Shown one piece after another: positions 39,315 to 53,388 of a stretch of DNA of 64,000 bases. Every line of letters begins with the position of its first letter. The first letter of the stretch is position 1. The translations under genes were made by a program, and so were the position numbers. Below the pieces are notes generated by a model that saw only the letters and a program-made list of their open reading frames with translations, was not told the DNA's origin and made no database searches. Origin of the DNA: Octopus vulgaris (taxonomy: Eukaryota); assembly GCA_951406725.2 (NCBI GenBank), contig OX597826.1:20398001-20462000 (forward strand), given 5' to 3'.

Positions 39315-39445
39315 ACATGTACCTATGTATATATACATATATACATGTCTGTGTATATATGCATGTAAGTATATATATGAGTGTGTATACACACATACAT
39401 GCATACATATATATATATTCCTCTATCTAAATCTGAATATACATA

Positions 39446-39562
<117 letters not shown>

Positions 39563-39696
39563 TGGACAGATATGTATATTCAGGCTTAGATAGCGGAATA
39601 AATAGATACATTGAATGAAAAATAGTGTGTGTGTGTGTGTGAGTGTGTACGCATGTGAGTGTGAGTGAGAGAGAGTGTGAGAGAGAGCGATAGAGT

Positions 39697-39728
<32 letters not shown>

Positions 39729-40735
39729 AGTATCAACTGAGAAAGTTATTCTGTTAAGATGGTGGAAAAGGAAAATAGATATATTTAAAGGGATTGTTTG
39801 TATGACAGCCGTTGTGATTGTAAAATGAAAGTTGATAGTAATGGGTCAAAAGAATCGGAATAAATGGCATGAGACAGGAATGGTTGAATTCTGTAAGCCG
39901 AACATATCAACTTTTAACAAATATGAGTAATTCTTAACGTCAGAAACACACACAGACGATAGGCGATAATAGAAAATACAAATCACCGTAATGTCGAGAG
40001 TGTAGAACTAATCTGTAAGATTTATCGGTAGGTCATTTCTTGACTCTTCTTCTGCCGTAATTTTAATGTACGAGCTATTTAAGATATGCTCGACTTGCTT
40101 CCCATCGTATGCTTCATATTTACCAGAACTGTAAGTGGTTGGGAGAGACACCACATAATGATTGTTTGAGGTGGCGGTGAACTGGTTGGTGCAGACGATA
40201 CTGGCTTTAGGTGTAGGCGATGGAGCAGACGACACTCGATTCTTCCATCATCTGAAACTGTAATTAACTGAATATCGAAAAGTAAAATAAGGAGGAGGCA
40301 AACTTGCAAATAATACTAGTCGTTGTTATATTCCTCCTGGTGCATGTGTGTATTAAAGACACATATTTAAAGTCTAGCATGGATTCTTGTGATGAAAAAT
40401 GAGGATGCCAATAATATTGGAATGGTATTCAGTATAGTTTAATGTCAGAGCGAAATCACAATTTGCAAAGATCAAATACTACTACAACCTTTTGTTAGGT
40501 CAATCTTACATCAAATCAAGCAAGGAGCGTAAATAGAGGCCTTAAATGCTGTTATGTCACAACATCATTACGACTCCTTTGCATCAAATACTTAAAATGG
40601 CGCCTACTGCTGAACCTCTTCACAATTTTACTAAGGCGGCTTTAGTCACATTTCTTTCGCAACACATAAAAAGATATAATTCTTTAACAATTTCTCAAAG
40701 ATTCAAGAAATACATACTCATTCTCGATGAAGATA

Positions 40736-40800
<65 letters not shown>

Positions 40801-40828
40801 GAGAAAGAAGCAACAAGAATGGATTAGT

Positions 40829-40916
40829 TTTTAGTACAATTGTTTCATACAAAGACAGGCTTTATTAAAAGTTGCAAAAATTGCAGCAGATAAAGTCCCG
40901 TACTCATCAGCTAAAA
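40829..40916 (-). ncRNA. Minimal type I hammerhead ribozyme (mirror copy in left arm)
   Basis: Reverse complement of 41051-41140 with the core intact; it differs only in the stem II 5' strand (GTACGGGACTTTATC). Confidence 0.8.
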
Positions 40917-41050
40917 TACATATGAGTTCTCCAAACATCTTAGTGGGTGAGGCTATACTCATGAAGTATTGGAGATAATTTAATGAAATTATCTCCAATA
41001 CTTCATGAGTATAGCCTCACCCACTAAGATGTTTGGAGAACTCATATGTA

Positions 41051-41140
41051 TTTTAGCTGATGAGTACGGACGCTTTTATCTGCTGCAATTTTTGCAACTT
41101 TTAATAAAGCCTGTCTTTGTATGAAACAATTGTACTAAAA
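41051..41140 (+). ncRNA. Minimal type I hammerhead ribozyme
   Basis: Stem I TTTTAG/CTAAAA, core CTGATGA (41057-41063), extended stem II, GAAAC (41123-41127), palindromic stem III ACAATTGT, GUA cleavage triplet at 41132-41134. Confidence 0.85.
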
Positions 41141-41285
41141 ACTAATCCATTCTTGTTGCTTCTTTCTCGTTTATAATCACCCCACATTACTGTATGGTTA
41201 ACACCATATAGTTTTCTGGTGCATCTAAGTTAAGTACCATATTCAAGTAAATTCATTGGAATTGACTTGAATCTTAATTGCTTTT

Positions 41286-41336
<51 letters not shown>

Positions 41337-41363
41337 ATATAATATATATATATATATATATAC

Positions 41364-41422
<59 letters not shown>

Positions 41423-41478
41423 TAGGGAGTATATCCAAACTTACAGGGAAAAATTAGACTTAGGATTAAATCAAATTT

Positions 41479-41724
41479 TACAGTATAAATATAAATTAAA
41501 TTAGAGATAAAACCACTATTAGGTAACTAAAACAGTGATAGACATAAACCAAAACATAAAAAGCATAAATTTAAAATTTAAATTATTAAAATTTTAATAA
41601 TTAAAATTTTAAATTTTATATTTTATATATATATTGTTTTATTTATTTTTGTTTTTTATGTTTTGGTTTATGTCAATCACTGTTTGAGTTGGCTTTATCT
41701 CTAATTTAATTTATATATACTATA
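41479..41724. repeat. AT-rich imperfect inverted repeat (fold-back)
   Basis: TATAAATTAAATTAGAGATAAA..AACAGTGATAGACATAAACCAAAACATAAAAA versus TTTTTATGTTTTGGTTTATGTCAATCACTGTTT..TTTATCTCTAATTTAATTTATA. Confidence 0.8.
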
Positions 41725-41771
41725 CTTTGATACTTTGATAGGTTTCGGCCATTTTATCTCAATATAATATA

Positions 41772-41828
<57 letters not shown>

Positions 41829-42471
41829 CATGTATATATGTACATATACATATGTAAGTATACATACATAGATACAAAATGTGTGTGCTGAAGAATGTTA
41901 AAGCAATATGGTTAAAAATAATCACCATATAATAGTCAGATAAATCAAAACTTAAATTGCAGCTCCATCCAGCGTAGGCAGGTCCAGTGTAGGAAGTCAG
42001 TTATAAGGATGACCTTCGTTGAGCTGGTTTGGAAGTAAAAAAAAAGGCAGATAAAAAAAGTAGACGTGAGGAGTGTATTTACACGGGACACAAATAAACA
42101 AAAGAAATGATGTTTTATCTTTAATGTCTATGCCATCATTCGTTTTGTTTATTTGTTTATACAACCTTCCTTGTAAGTATTACGCCTACTTTTGTTAATC
42201 TGCCAGTTTTTGTCACTGTATCGAGCAGATAATCGGATGCTATTACACACCGCTGGCCACAATGCACTTCTTCAAATGATGTCAATACACTGGCTTGGCG
42301 GGCAGGCTTTCAGCTTTACTCGCACATACACACACACACGCACACAATCACACACACACAATAACGAGTTGATTCATCTCCACATTACTTGCAGTTTCCC
42401 ATTATATATGTCTTCATGTATGTATGTATGTATGTATGTATGTATGTATGTATGTATGTATGTATGTATGT

Positions 42472-42537
<66 letters not shown>

Positions 42538-42581
42538 AATATGAGGATAAAATTCTTTTATATTTATATTTTTGCCCTCAA

Positions 42582-42651
<70 letters not shown>

Positions 42652-42674
42652 GCACACATACATACAAACATACA

Positions 42675-43538
42675 AACGCATGGAAGGAAAAGAAAATGTA
42701 CGATCAGTTTGCAAGAGATGTGAACTCCAAGACAGGTACAGAGGACCGGTGGCTATGGATGAGGAAGGGTGAACTGAAAATAGAGACAGAAGCAATTATA
42801 TGCGCAGCTCAGGAACAAGCGTTAAGGACTAATTATATGAAGTGCAGAATAGACAACACTACCGATGGCGACAAATGCAGAATGTGTGGTGAGAGGGGTG
42901 AAACGGTATGGCACATCGTTAGCGAATGCCCGAAATTGGCACGACGTGAATACAAAAGATGTCATGGCAATGTGGCAAGAATGATCCATTGGGAACTCTG
43001 TGGAAATCGCGGCCTACAAAGGGCAAAGACGTGGTATGAGCAAGCTCCAGAAGGAGTCAATGTAAATGAGAATTGCAAAATCCTGTCGGATGCAATGATC
43101 CAGTGCAATCTCCCGACCAGACATCGGAAACCGAACATTGTTGTGGTGAGTAAATAAACGAAAGAACTTGTATGATAAACGACATAGCATGCCTCGGTGA
43201 CAACAGGATCAATGTGGAAGAAGAAGAAAAAAATAAATGGCTATGATGATTTGAAGTGGGAAATAAGAAGGTTGTGGTCACTGAAGAGAGTAGACGTGAT
43301 ACCAATAGTAATTGGTGGACTTGGAATTATCAGCACTCAACTACCAACATGGCTGAAAGAGATTGGTGCAAGTGTGAAAGTGGAACACCTACAAAAATCA
43401 GCCATGCTTAGAACTGCAAGAATTCTTCGCAGGATTCTTGAAGCAGACATCACCAGTAAACAAGTGTCACCTTCGTCTGCTGGCTGTGGACAGCTGCCAC
43501 TTTCCATCCGACCCAGCAAAATAAGCTGTGAGTTTTCA
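42675..43538 (+). mobile_element. R4/Dong-like LINE fragment D
   Basis: [80 protein letters not shown]; 3'UTR then (AAT)n. Confidence 0.88.
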
Positions 43539-43545
43539 TATAATG

Positions 43546-44146
<601 letters not shown>

Positions 44147-44731
44147 TAATAATAATAATAATTTAGATTTCATCTGAATATGAACCGGACTGATTAATAA
44201 ACCTTCAATCAGTGACATTGTACGGCCTCAAACACCTCTATACGCGCTCTCTCTCCACCCCTCTCTTTGTCTCTCCAGATATCACTCGACAGAAGTTTAT
44301 GTTAAACATTCTCTACAACATTAACGATCTGAGAAGACCCGCGATGGCTACGGGCGGACACTGTCGCTCTCCGTTGCTACTTGTTTCTAACAGGTGGTCG
44401 TACACGATCACGAGTTGTCTTTCATCCTGTCTGTCTAACTGTCTGTCTGTCTGTCTGTCTGTTTGCAAGTGTGTATGAATGTGCGCGCTCGTCGCATGCC
44501 AGCCAAATCTCACTGTCAGCGATGTATAGGATTTCAGTGTTTTTCAAGCACTGATGTTGCAAATAGACAACAGACTTATCAAGTGTTGAATATTAGCGAC
44601 GGAAGCAGGATTAATACCGAATGACAAGTTTTATATTCTACTCAACGTGAACGTATTATTCGAACGCCGAATACTGTGAAATTCTTCCTGAGGAAAACTC
44701 CCACACAGAGGCACGGTACTAAGAACATACA

Positions 44732-44852
<121 letters not shown>

Positions 44853-45001
44853 GAAGCAAATTGTCTGATATGAGTGTTGGAACTGCTAGATCTTGTGATT
44901 TTAGCGTACTGAGTATTCACATAATAGTTTTGTTTTAAACTTACCAATAATACGTGCTCATACGCGTGTACACACCTGTACTCGAATGCTTATAAATGTG
45001 G

Positions 45002-45033
<32 letters not shown>

Positions 45034-45247
45034 ACACACATACATATTACATATATCTATACACACATACATATATACATATACGTATATATATACACAC
45101 ATACACACACATGTATATATATTCATATATACACAGACACACACACATGTATTTTTGGTCACTCTCTTGCTACTTTGAGTTTCACCTGTAATCACTCCAG
45201 GTCTTCAAGTAAGTTACTCACGTATATAATATTGTCCATAACATAAA

Positions 45248-46590
45248 CAGTGTCCCCAAAAATGCATACACACCTTAACAGCTGGTAACTTAAAATTCCC
45301 TTTTTTAAAGGTTAACCCATTAGAAATAATGAAGGGAATCAGATTAAGTTTTTAACAAGGCAAATTTATTCTGAAGCGCAACTGTTAATTTGAAAACGCA
45401 ACAGAAGCAAAAGAAGACTGTTTCGAAGGGACCTTCAAACAAATCCACCTCCGTCATTGCTCGACTTAAACATAAGTTTGAAGCAGATGGAACTGTTCAG
45501 GATGTTTACAAGAAACATTCCGGAAGACCGCAGACATCGATAAGCCTCATAAAGCAGCAAAGTGTATCAGAAGCGTATTGTCAGCGTTCCAGAAAATCTG
45601 AGCAGCCAGCGAGTCGTAAGGTAGGATTTTCAAAGTCAAGCATTCAATGCATTTTGAAGCGTTGTCATAGGGCAAGTTTCACTCTGAGAATAGTCCATAC
45701 TCTCAATGAAGATGGTCCAGACTGAAGAGTGGAGTCTGGCGAGTGGCACTTGGCAAAATGTGTTGAATATAAAGATTGATTAAAGCCACAAGGCTCCTCT
45801 TAAATTGAATGGCTCAATTAACAGCCACAATCGCACCTACTAGGGACATGAGAACTCGTATATTACGGAGAAACATCAAGTTAATTTGGAGTAAAGATTG
45901 TTTGCCAACATAACATGGCAGTCCTGGTTTAGGACGAATGTTGCTGTAATTTATCTCCAGGAGACTAAACATTCGTCCTAAACCAGAACTGCCATGTTAT
46001 GTTGGCAAACAATCTTTACTCCAAAGTACTGTTGCTGAATATCTCTCATTGTGAGATTTAAAAATAGTAATTTATCATGTTAATTTATCAGGCTTTTCAT
46101 CAGAATGATTCTTTTTGCTGGTAAAGTAACTAAACCCATTTACTTGAACTTGTTGTAACAATCTCCATGATCAACATTGAAGAGGACTTTAACGATGAGG
46201 TGTTTTATTTCTAGCAAGATGGAGGACTCCTATACTAAACCAAATAGGTGAATTGGACGAAAAGATTTTGAAGATTAGCCGCACAGCAATTTTCGTGGGG
46301 ATACGTAAAAGATAAAGTTTACAGTACAAAACCGGGAACAATCGATGACTTGAGGACACACATTGGACTAGAATGAGCACAAATACCGAACTAAAGGATT
46401 TTTGACGCCTGTGATTCCATTATTTCGCGTTATCAACAGTGGCTGGATTAGAAGGATCATCAATTTGAAAAGAGGCGTTCATAAAAAAATTAAATTCTAT
46501 CTGTAGATTCTATTGAATTTTGAAAATGGAATGTATTTCAATAATACCTTTATAATCATTCAGTATGTATATACATCTTCGGGACAGCAT
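45248..46590 (+). mobile_element. Decayed Tc1/mariner-superfamily transposon
   Basis: HTH relic (KFEADGTVQD..SGRP, SKSSIQCILK), QDG and WGY.KDKVY remnants; degenerate TIRs CAGTGTCCCCAAAAATGCATACA / TGTATATACATCTTCGGGACAG. Confidence 0.75.
45885..46086. mobile_element. ~200-bp hairpin insertion inside the mariner relic
   Basis: 58-bp arms at 45885-45942 and 45968-46025 (1 mismatch); 13-bp flanking repeat ATCAAGTTAATTT (45875-45887) / ATCATGTTAATTT (46074-46086). Confidence 0.75.
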
Positions 46591-47734
46591 GTATGTATGT
46601 ATGTATGTATGTATGTATGTATGTATGTATGTATGTATGTATGTATGTATGTATGTATGTATGCATGTATGTATGATTGTATGTATGTATGCATGATTGT
46701 ATGTATGTATGTATGCACACACATATATAAGGATATGTGTAGTTATATGTGTGCATACGTATTTATGCGTCTAAGTCTTTATGTGACTGTATATTTGTTT
46801 ATGTGTGTGTCTGTGTGTTGGTGTATGATCGTTGCTTTGTAAACAGTGAACGAGTGAATGACATCATCCAGTGCAGAAACTGGTCATAGTGGAAGTGAAG
46901 CTATTTTGCTAAAAATGTTCCAGATTATAAAGTAACAAAACAAATGTGGTATTGAGGAAGTGAAATCTTATTCATTGTTATTTATCAGAAACGAGAGGAA
47001 TAGCGCTGTAGCTAATGAAAGAAAAAATAATTGGCAAGTCATTCTAATTTTATTACCTGCCAAAACAATAATCATCTTCCGTCAACGAACGACCCTTAAA
47101 AATTGTTCATTTTGTAGAAGTGTGAAATGTTTTTAGGTTAGACGAGCGTTAGTGAAACTTGTGTGAATACAGATTGAATAGAAGAAATGATGTTACTAGT
47201 CAAGTGGTGTTTGTTTGGTTTCAAATCACTTGATGCAAAGCTGTCACTCTTATTTTGACTTGTAGACAAAACTTCTCACAGTCGTAGTCAATAAAGCCGT
47301 GTTTTTTTTAATTTTGTTTTATTATTATAAATTTAAGATAAATGTTGGTTTAGACTGTGCATTTTGTGGCAATAGGCAAGAGTCAAAGAGAGAAAAAGAG
47401 AAATGAGATAGAATGAAATAGTTTTTTTTTCAATGGATTCTTGTTTTATTTATCGGCGGCCATGTTGGTTGTACCGTTTATTGAACAGTTTCCTACGAAC
47501 AGCAAAGATTCTTAGGTAAGATATTTCATTTAAGAGAAATAGGGAGCAAAAAACTTTAAATTAGCTTTGAAATTTAAAGAAACATTGTATCTTAATATGC
47601 GGATGTTGGACGGCTACATTAGATTCTGAATAAATAATTTTAGTTCTAAACACATACGGATAACTACATGTACAGATGGGCAAAAATACAAGCACACATA
47701 CATATAGACAAATACACACACAGAAACACAAACA

Positions 47735-47784
<50 letters not shown>

Positions 47785-47787
<3 letters not shown>

Positions 47788-48345
47788 GGGTTTGACAAAA
47801 TAATGGAAAAACCTTAACATTTCAAATTCATTTTAATATGGGGTAGGACCACCTTCGGCAGTAATTACAGCTTGAATTCTACGAGGTATGGGCACGTACA
47901 AAGTTTGAATTGTTTCCAAAGGAATTTTTATCCATTCTTCAGCTAAAACAGTCTCCAGTTCTAGTAGTGATGATGGTGGAGCATATCGACTCCTTACTTG
48001 TTTTTCTAAAATGCATCATAAGTGTTCAATAATATTGAGATCTGGGGAGTGTAGTGGCCAGATAAGATGTTCAACTTACCTAGAATGTTCCTCCTGCCAT
48101 TCAGTAACAAATTTAGTTGTGTGAATTGGTGCATTATCATCCTGAAAGATTGTGTTTCACTCCGGAAATGAATTTGATCAGATAAAATGCTTAAATAGTC
48201 TTGACTATTATTTCTGCCATGAAGGGAAACCATTGAGTCGGCGGATTTCCAAGATATGCCCCCCCCCATATCATCACAGATCCTTCTCCATGTTTAAAAG
48301 CTGGAAGAAGGCAGTCAGGGTAAAATGCTTCTTTTGGCTGTCCAG
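47785..48345 (-). mobile_element. Tc1 (DD34E-type) transposase 3' relic
   Basis: Minus translation KHGEGSVMIWG, FQDDNAPIHT, WPLHSPDLNIIEHL; terminal TA-CAGGGGTTTGACAAAATAATGGAAA. Confidence 0.8.
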
Positions 48346-48349
48346 CAGG

Positions 48350-49230
48350 AAGGGGCACAGCTAACGTTGTGATTGTGTTCGCTCTCCGAGACAAGGGAGA
48401 CCCGAGCAAGGGAGTCCGAACTTTGGCGAGATGGATGAGTGTTGGAGTTGCCACCATGAAGCTGGATCTCAATGAGAACCTTCGCTACCACTCGTACAAG
48501 AGGTTCAAGTGATAAATTCTGACAGCCAAGGAGAAGCGCTTGACGAAAGCAAAGAAGCTCCTGAACAAGCTGAGGCCTCCTATCGAAACAGGGATGATCT
48601 GGTTCTTCTCAGATGAAAAGAACTTCTGCCAGGACCAGTTGCACAACACCCACAACAACAGGTCCCGTGTATCATGAAAACCAAGTTCCTCCAACCTGTG
48701 ATTGTCTTTGAGTTGACGTCAAAGGGTGACGTCATGCCAGCCCACATCTTCGAACAGAGACAGACTTAATTCAGACAGTTATGTAAAGCTGCTGCAGACG
48801 GTGGCCAGACTCTCACTTGAGAGGGTTGCTACTGGAAGGCCATTTGTGTGGCAGCAAGACTCGGCTCATTGCTATACCTCTGGAAAGAGACAGATGTGGT
48901 TGTCAGAGAATTTCTACCATTTCACAAATTTCAATTTCTGGCTTCTTAATTCTCCCGATTGTAATCCAATGGATTATCATGTGTTGGGCACAGTTGGGAA
49001 AGACATCAACCGCTCTGCCTGCCTCACCAAGGCCGAGCTAGTGGCCAAAATGAAAGAAGTGTTTGAAGATCTTCCTTGGGGCACAGTGAGAAACGCATGC
49101 GCCAGGTTCCGGAGCCGTCTTGAGGTCGTGGTGGAAGCTGAGGGCGGTCACTTTGAGTAAACTGTTGACACCTAGTCATAATGTGGTTGATATTTTTTGA
49201 TTTTTTAAAAATGCTTTTATTTTTTGGATA
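48350..49230 (+). mobile_element. maT/DD37D-type mariner-like transposase relic
   Basis: FFSDEKNF, QQDSAHCYTS, NSPDCNPMDY (37 residues between the second and third catalytic D), ACARFRSRLE.VVEAEGGHFE*. Confidence 0.82.
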
Positions 49231-49236
49231 TTGTAT

Positions 49237-49299
<63 letters not shown>

Positions 49300-49329
49300 G
49301 TGTATAAGAGTTGTAAAATATATTGATTT

Positions 49330-49480
49330 CCAATTTTAGCACAAGGCCTGGATTTCGTGGGGAGGGGCAACTCGATTAAATTGTCCCCAGTGCTCAACTG
49401 GTACTTATTCTATCGACACCATAAGGATGAAAGGCAAAGTCGACCTCAGCGGATTTTGAACTCAGAATGTAAAGAAAGAC
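49330..49480 (-). mobile_element. SINE (GAGTTCAAAT family), minus copy
   Basis: GGATGAAAGGCAAAGTCGACCTCAGCGGATTTTGAACTCAGAA is the reverse complement of the 4124-family core. Confidence 0.75.
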
Positions 49481-52400
49481 GATGTACCACTCAAGTACCG
49501 GGGTCGATATAATCGACTAACCCTCCCCCCACCTTTTATTAAAATCGCTGTCCTTTTTGCCAAAGTCCGAAAGAACTATTCTCATTATTAATTACGAGTA
49601 GAAACATCGACTTCCGGTCTATTGCAGACAGTGGGGGGTCGGGGTGAGTCTACACTTCTTCGCTCCTACATAAAAATATATGATGACACAGTCTGTCATT
49701 TTTTTCTTTGATTAGTTAAAAATGACACATTAAAAAGTCTTTTGGCAGATTTTGTGTTTAATGTTTTTTCTTTCAATGATTTAACTTTTACTGTTGAATG
49801 CTCCGAATTTTATCGTAAGATTAAATTATGGACGATTCCGTTTGTAATACGGAATGGCACAGCACCCGATTGAGTTTTTTGACACATTTAGTTTCTACAA
49901 CAAGATAAAGGTTACCCTTTACTTCCCACCCGAAGTTTAATGAAATATGCACAGAAAGCTTAATTTTTAAATGTCTTTATCTCCCCCTTTGTCTTGAAAC
50001 TTACTAACAATGAGGCTAGAATTTTGTTTTCTAAATTTCAATGAAAGCATTTTTTTAGTTTGATATTTCCATCTAAACATTCATGTCATTGGTGTAGCTG
50101 AGTTATGTTCCCTCACCTTCCTTATATTTTGAATTATGTCAATTATTTTGGCACAAAATTATACGTAGTTATTTTTCTTTGTATTCAAATCTATCAAAAG
50201 ATCTGCAAGTTTATGATGTCTAACAGATTGAAACATACCCAAAGTTGTCTCCCTTCTCTTCAGACACAAACCTGACTGGCCTTATCCTAAGTATGTAGAT
50301 TAAACATAGAATCAACATGTAGATTAAACATGTAGATTAACTACATCCTAAACATGTAGATTAACATGTAGATTAATGTTTAAGAGTTGCTTTCGATTGC
50401 CGCTAGGTTTTGTTTCCTTTCTTCAGCACAGAGATAAATTTTAATATTTTTTTTACACAACATTCAATACAACTCTTAACATAATTGTTACAGTAGAACA
50501 CATCGCTTATCTAATTAGAATGTAATTAATAATATAATTAAATATATTTCATTGCTTGCCCCTAGTAAAATAATATCAATATATTTTCTGTCCCCAAACT
50601 TTACGTAAGACCTTTCTTTAATTGAACGACTGCCTGAGTCAACAGCTGGATTCCAGTTCGATTCTTAGTTGAAAATATTTTATTTTACTTTTACTAGTAA
50701 CACCTTTGAGAGAAGCATGAGCATTGCTAATTCCTATTTTACTCACATAGTCTGGGACATTCGGAAAGGAAATAAAAAAATCGAAAATAAACCAACAATT
50801 TACTTAAAAAAAGGAAAACAAGAAAAAGAATGATAAAAACGCAATTAGCTTCCGTATATCGATGCCAATTTTTTAATGTAAATATTTCTGTGATTGGTTG
50901 CGAGGCTGGCACTCCCCCTCCACCATCGCCACCACACCGTCCACCAATGTTTGATATTTCAAGTCTTTTCTTTCTAAATTTGTTACAAAGATTTTTCTGT
51001 GGTTCCATTGTCCCATTAGTGAATGCATAAATGTTGTCTCTTTTAATAATTCTCTTTGAACGCATTTTTAATAAATATTATTTAGTCACAATCATTTCAA
51101 TTGACCAAATATGTTTTTTCCCTGATATTTGAATAGCAATTATTGGATTTAATATTCTTATTGTTATCATTTTTCCTGTTTACTTAATTGAAAATTCTAG
51201 TATAAAATCGGAATTAATTCACTGCCGCGAGTCACTAGCTCGTGTCCAGATTCTGTTGACGTATTCTCTTCTTCTATGAGCATACTAATTAGAATTGGTT
51301 CATACCATTTAATCAAGACAGATATATTATTCAGAAAATATTAAGCTATTGTAGTGAACAACTGACTTTATTCTCTCGAATATATAATGGCCTGTTTTGA
51401 ATATCTAATAAAACACAACTCACATTTACCTTGGAATCGATTCTCCGGTAATCAATCTTTCTGAAGGGAGGAAAGGAAAATAATGGAATTTGATGAACTT
51501 CATTTACACCTCATATCTATAATAGATCAACTTCATATATAACCAATATCGACTGAAAAAAAAACAAGCTAAAAATTGAAAACAAATAAAACAAAGTTTC
51601 TTGAGTCCCAGAGTGCTTCTTCAAGAATGGTGTTTAGTGATGAGCATTTTGAACGTTAATAAAAAATGGTAATTAATTTCCCCCCTGGATAGGTCATCAA
51701 AATCTATTTTAGGTCACATTCCATAAAAATCTGGCAACTATTCCCTAACAGATAAAAAGGTGAGCTGAAGTGGCTACATTTGTGCAACAGAAAACTGGTG
51801 GAAAAAATGAGATACGGCGAATTTATCTATTGTTCAGCTTAAACGTTTCTTGTTATTTGAGACTTGATAAAATGAGAAATTTTTGTTGGTTCCTGTTGCA
51901 TCGATATTTGCTGATGATTAAAGAAGCAGATGAAACAGTTTAAGTTCTCTTTATATAACCAAAATCAGCTGAGAAAATACTGGTCTGCGGTTGGTCAGAG
52001 AAAATCTGTGGTAAAACGCGAATAGCTAAAACTTTACTATGATCTTAAAGAGAAAATATTTAAAGGTCACTAGATATATCTCTTTAAGAGCGTAGTGTGT
52101 AATTTATAGGAGATTTGACAATTAGGCTGAGAGACAACGTAAATGCTCCTTCGTGGATTAAATAAAAGCACACCCATTATGGTCTTTTGTAATAATTTAC
52201 GAGTAACCACTTATTCCAGGAGACATTATTGAATGAGAATTCCAGCAAGAAGTTATAGCATCCACAGAGAGAAATATTTTAAATAATTTTGTTAGAAAGC
52301 TAGAGTTGAATGAAATTGAAAGGTAATTATGTCATATGTAAAGGAAACGCCCTCCATAGTTTACAGGTCCTTCAATAAACCAATGAGTAGCTAGAAAAAT

Positions 52401-53062
52401 ATCTGAAGTATTTTATCTTCAATCATTTTGGTGGTATTCATAATGAACATCACAACATCTCTTCTCGTTCTATACATAAACACACACACACACACATACA
52501 TACATGCATACATATAATGTGTGTGTGTATGTGAATATATATGTAATATATATATATGCACACATACATTCATACGTGATCCAGTCCCTCTATCACATTT
52601 ACACTCACGAACTCACTCTATTTCTAAGCATACATATCACAACCTCTCTGTTTCTACACACACGCACACACACAAACATACACACACACACATACGCACA
52701 CACACAGACACACACACAGACACGTGCGCGCACACACACACACATACATCCATACACACTATTCATACCTAAGTCTTGTCAAATAAGAAAAATATTCTTT
52801 CTTGATGAGATTTAATACGACCGAAATATGACCACTGCTGTTTTCAGTTGGCTTAAAAGACCAAACTCCAATTTCTATTGAAAAGATTATTTAAAGATTT
52901 TGATTAGCTGATCTTATCGGGGGTTATCTCCCATAGTGTAAATATTTAGGTTCAAAACACTTCTAGAGGGAGATTTTATCTATTAATTGCTTGGATCATC
53001 TCAGTGAATCAAAGTTTTTCAACTCAACTCAACTCCATTCCATATGTGACATCCTACCGCGA

Positions 53063-53119
<57 letters not shown>

Positions 53120-53211
53120 GTGTAATAAATAAAATATATACATACATACAAACATATATGTACGTACCTACATCTACATGTATATATACATGCATATATA
53201 AATATATATAC

Positions 53212-53388
53212 GTGAGTACAGGATACCACAACTAGACGTAGAACTCAACGAGAATCGAAAAAGTAAAAACAAGCATGGAACGGACCAATTTTTTTAACAA
53301 CGAAAAAACAGAGTACAAGACAACTACACAAGGAAAAATCCCCTTCATCAGCTGTCCCTAGTTCAACTCCAGCGTGTTTCGAAGGTGA
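53212..53388 (-). mobile_element. Fragment related to the 824-1572 PLE-like element
   Basis: Minus strand: TCGAAAC..ACAGCTGATGAAGGGG..TTCGTTGTT..TCCTGTACTCAC, in the same motif order as 1390-1560. Confidence 0.55.

Larger units (their letters stand above)
40799..41290 (+). mobile_element. PLE-type insertion with near-perfect ~183-bp inverted repeat in a (TA)n site
   Basis: Arms 40799-40981 and 40986-41170 with a 4-nt spacer AATG, then a ~120-bp unique extension; (TA)n on both sides. Confidence 0.85.

Noticed and set aside
42192-43157. 321-aa ORF as a host gene
   Set aside because: A chance fusion of microsatellite frames with Dong fragment D.
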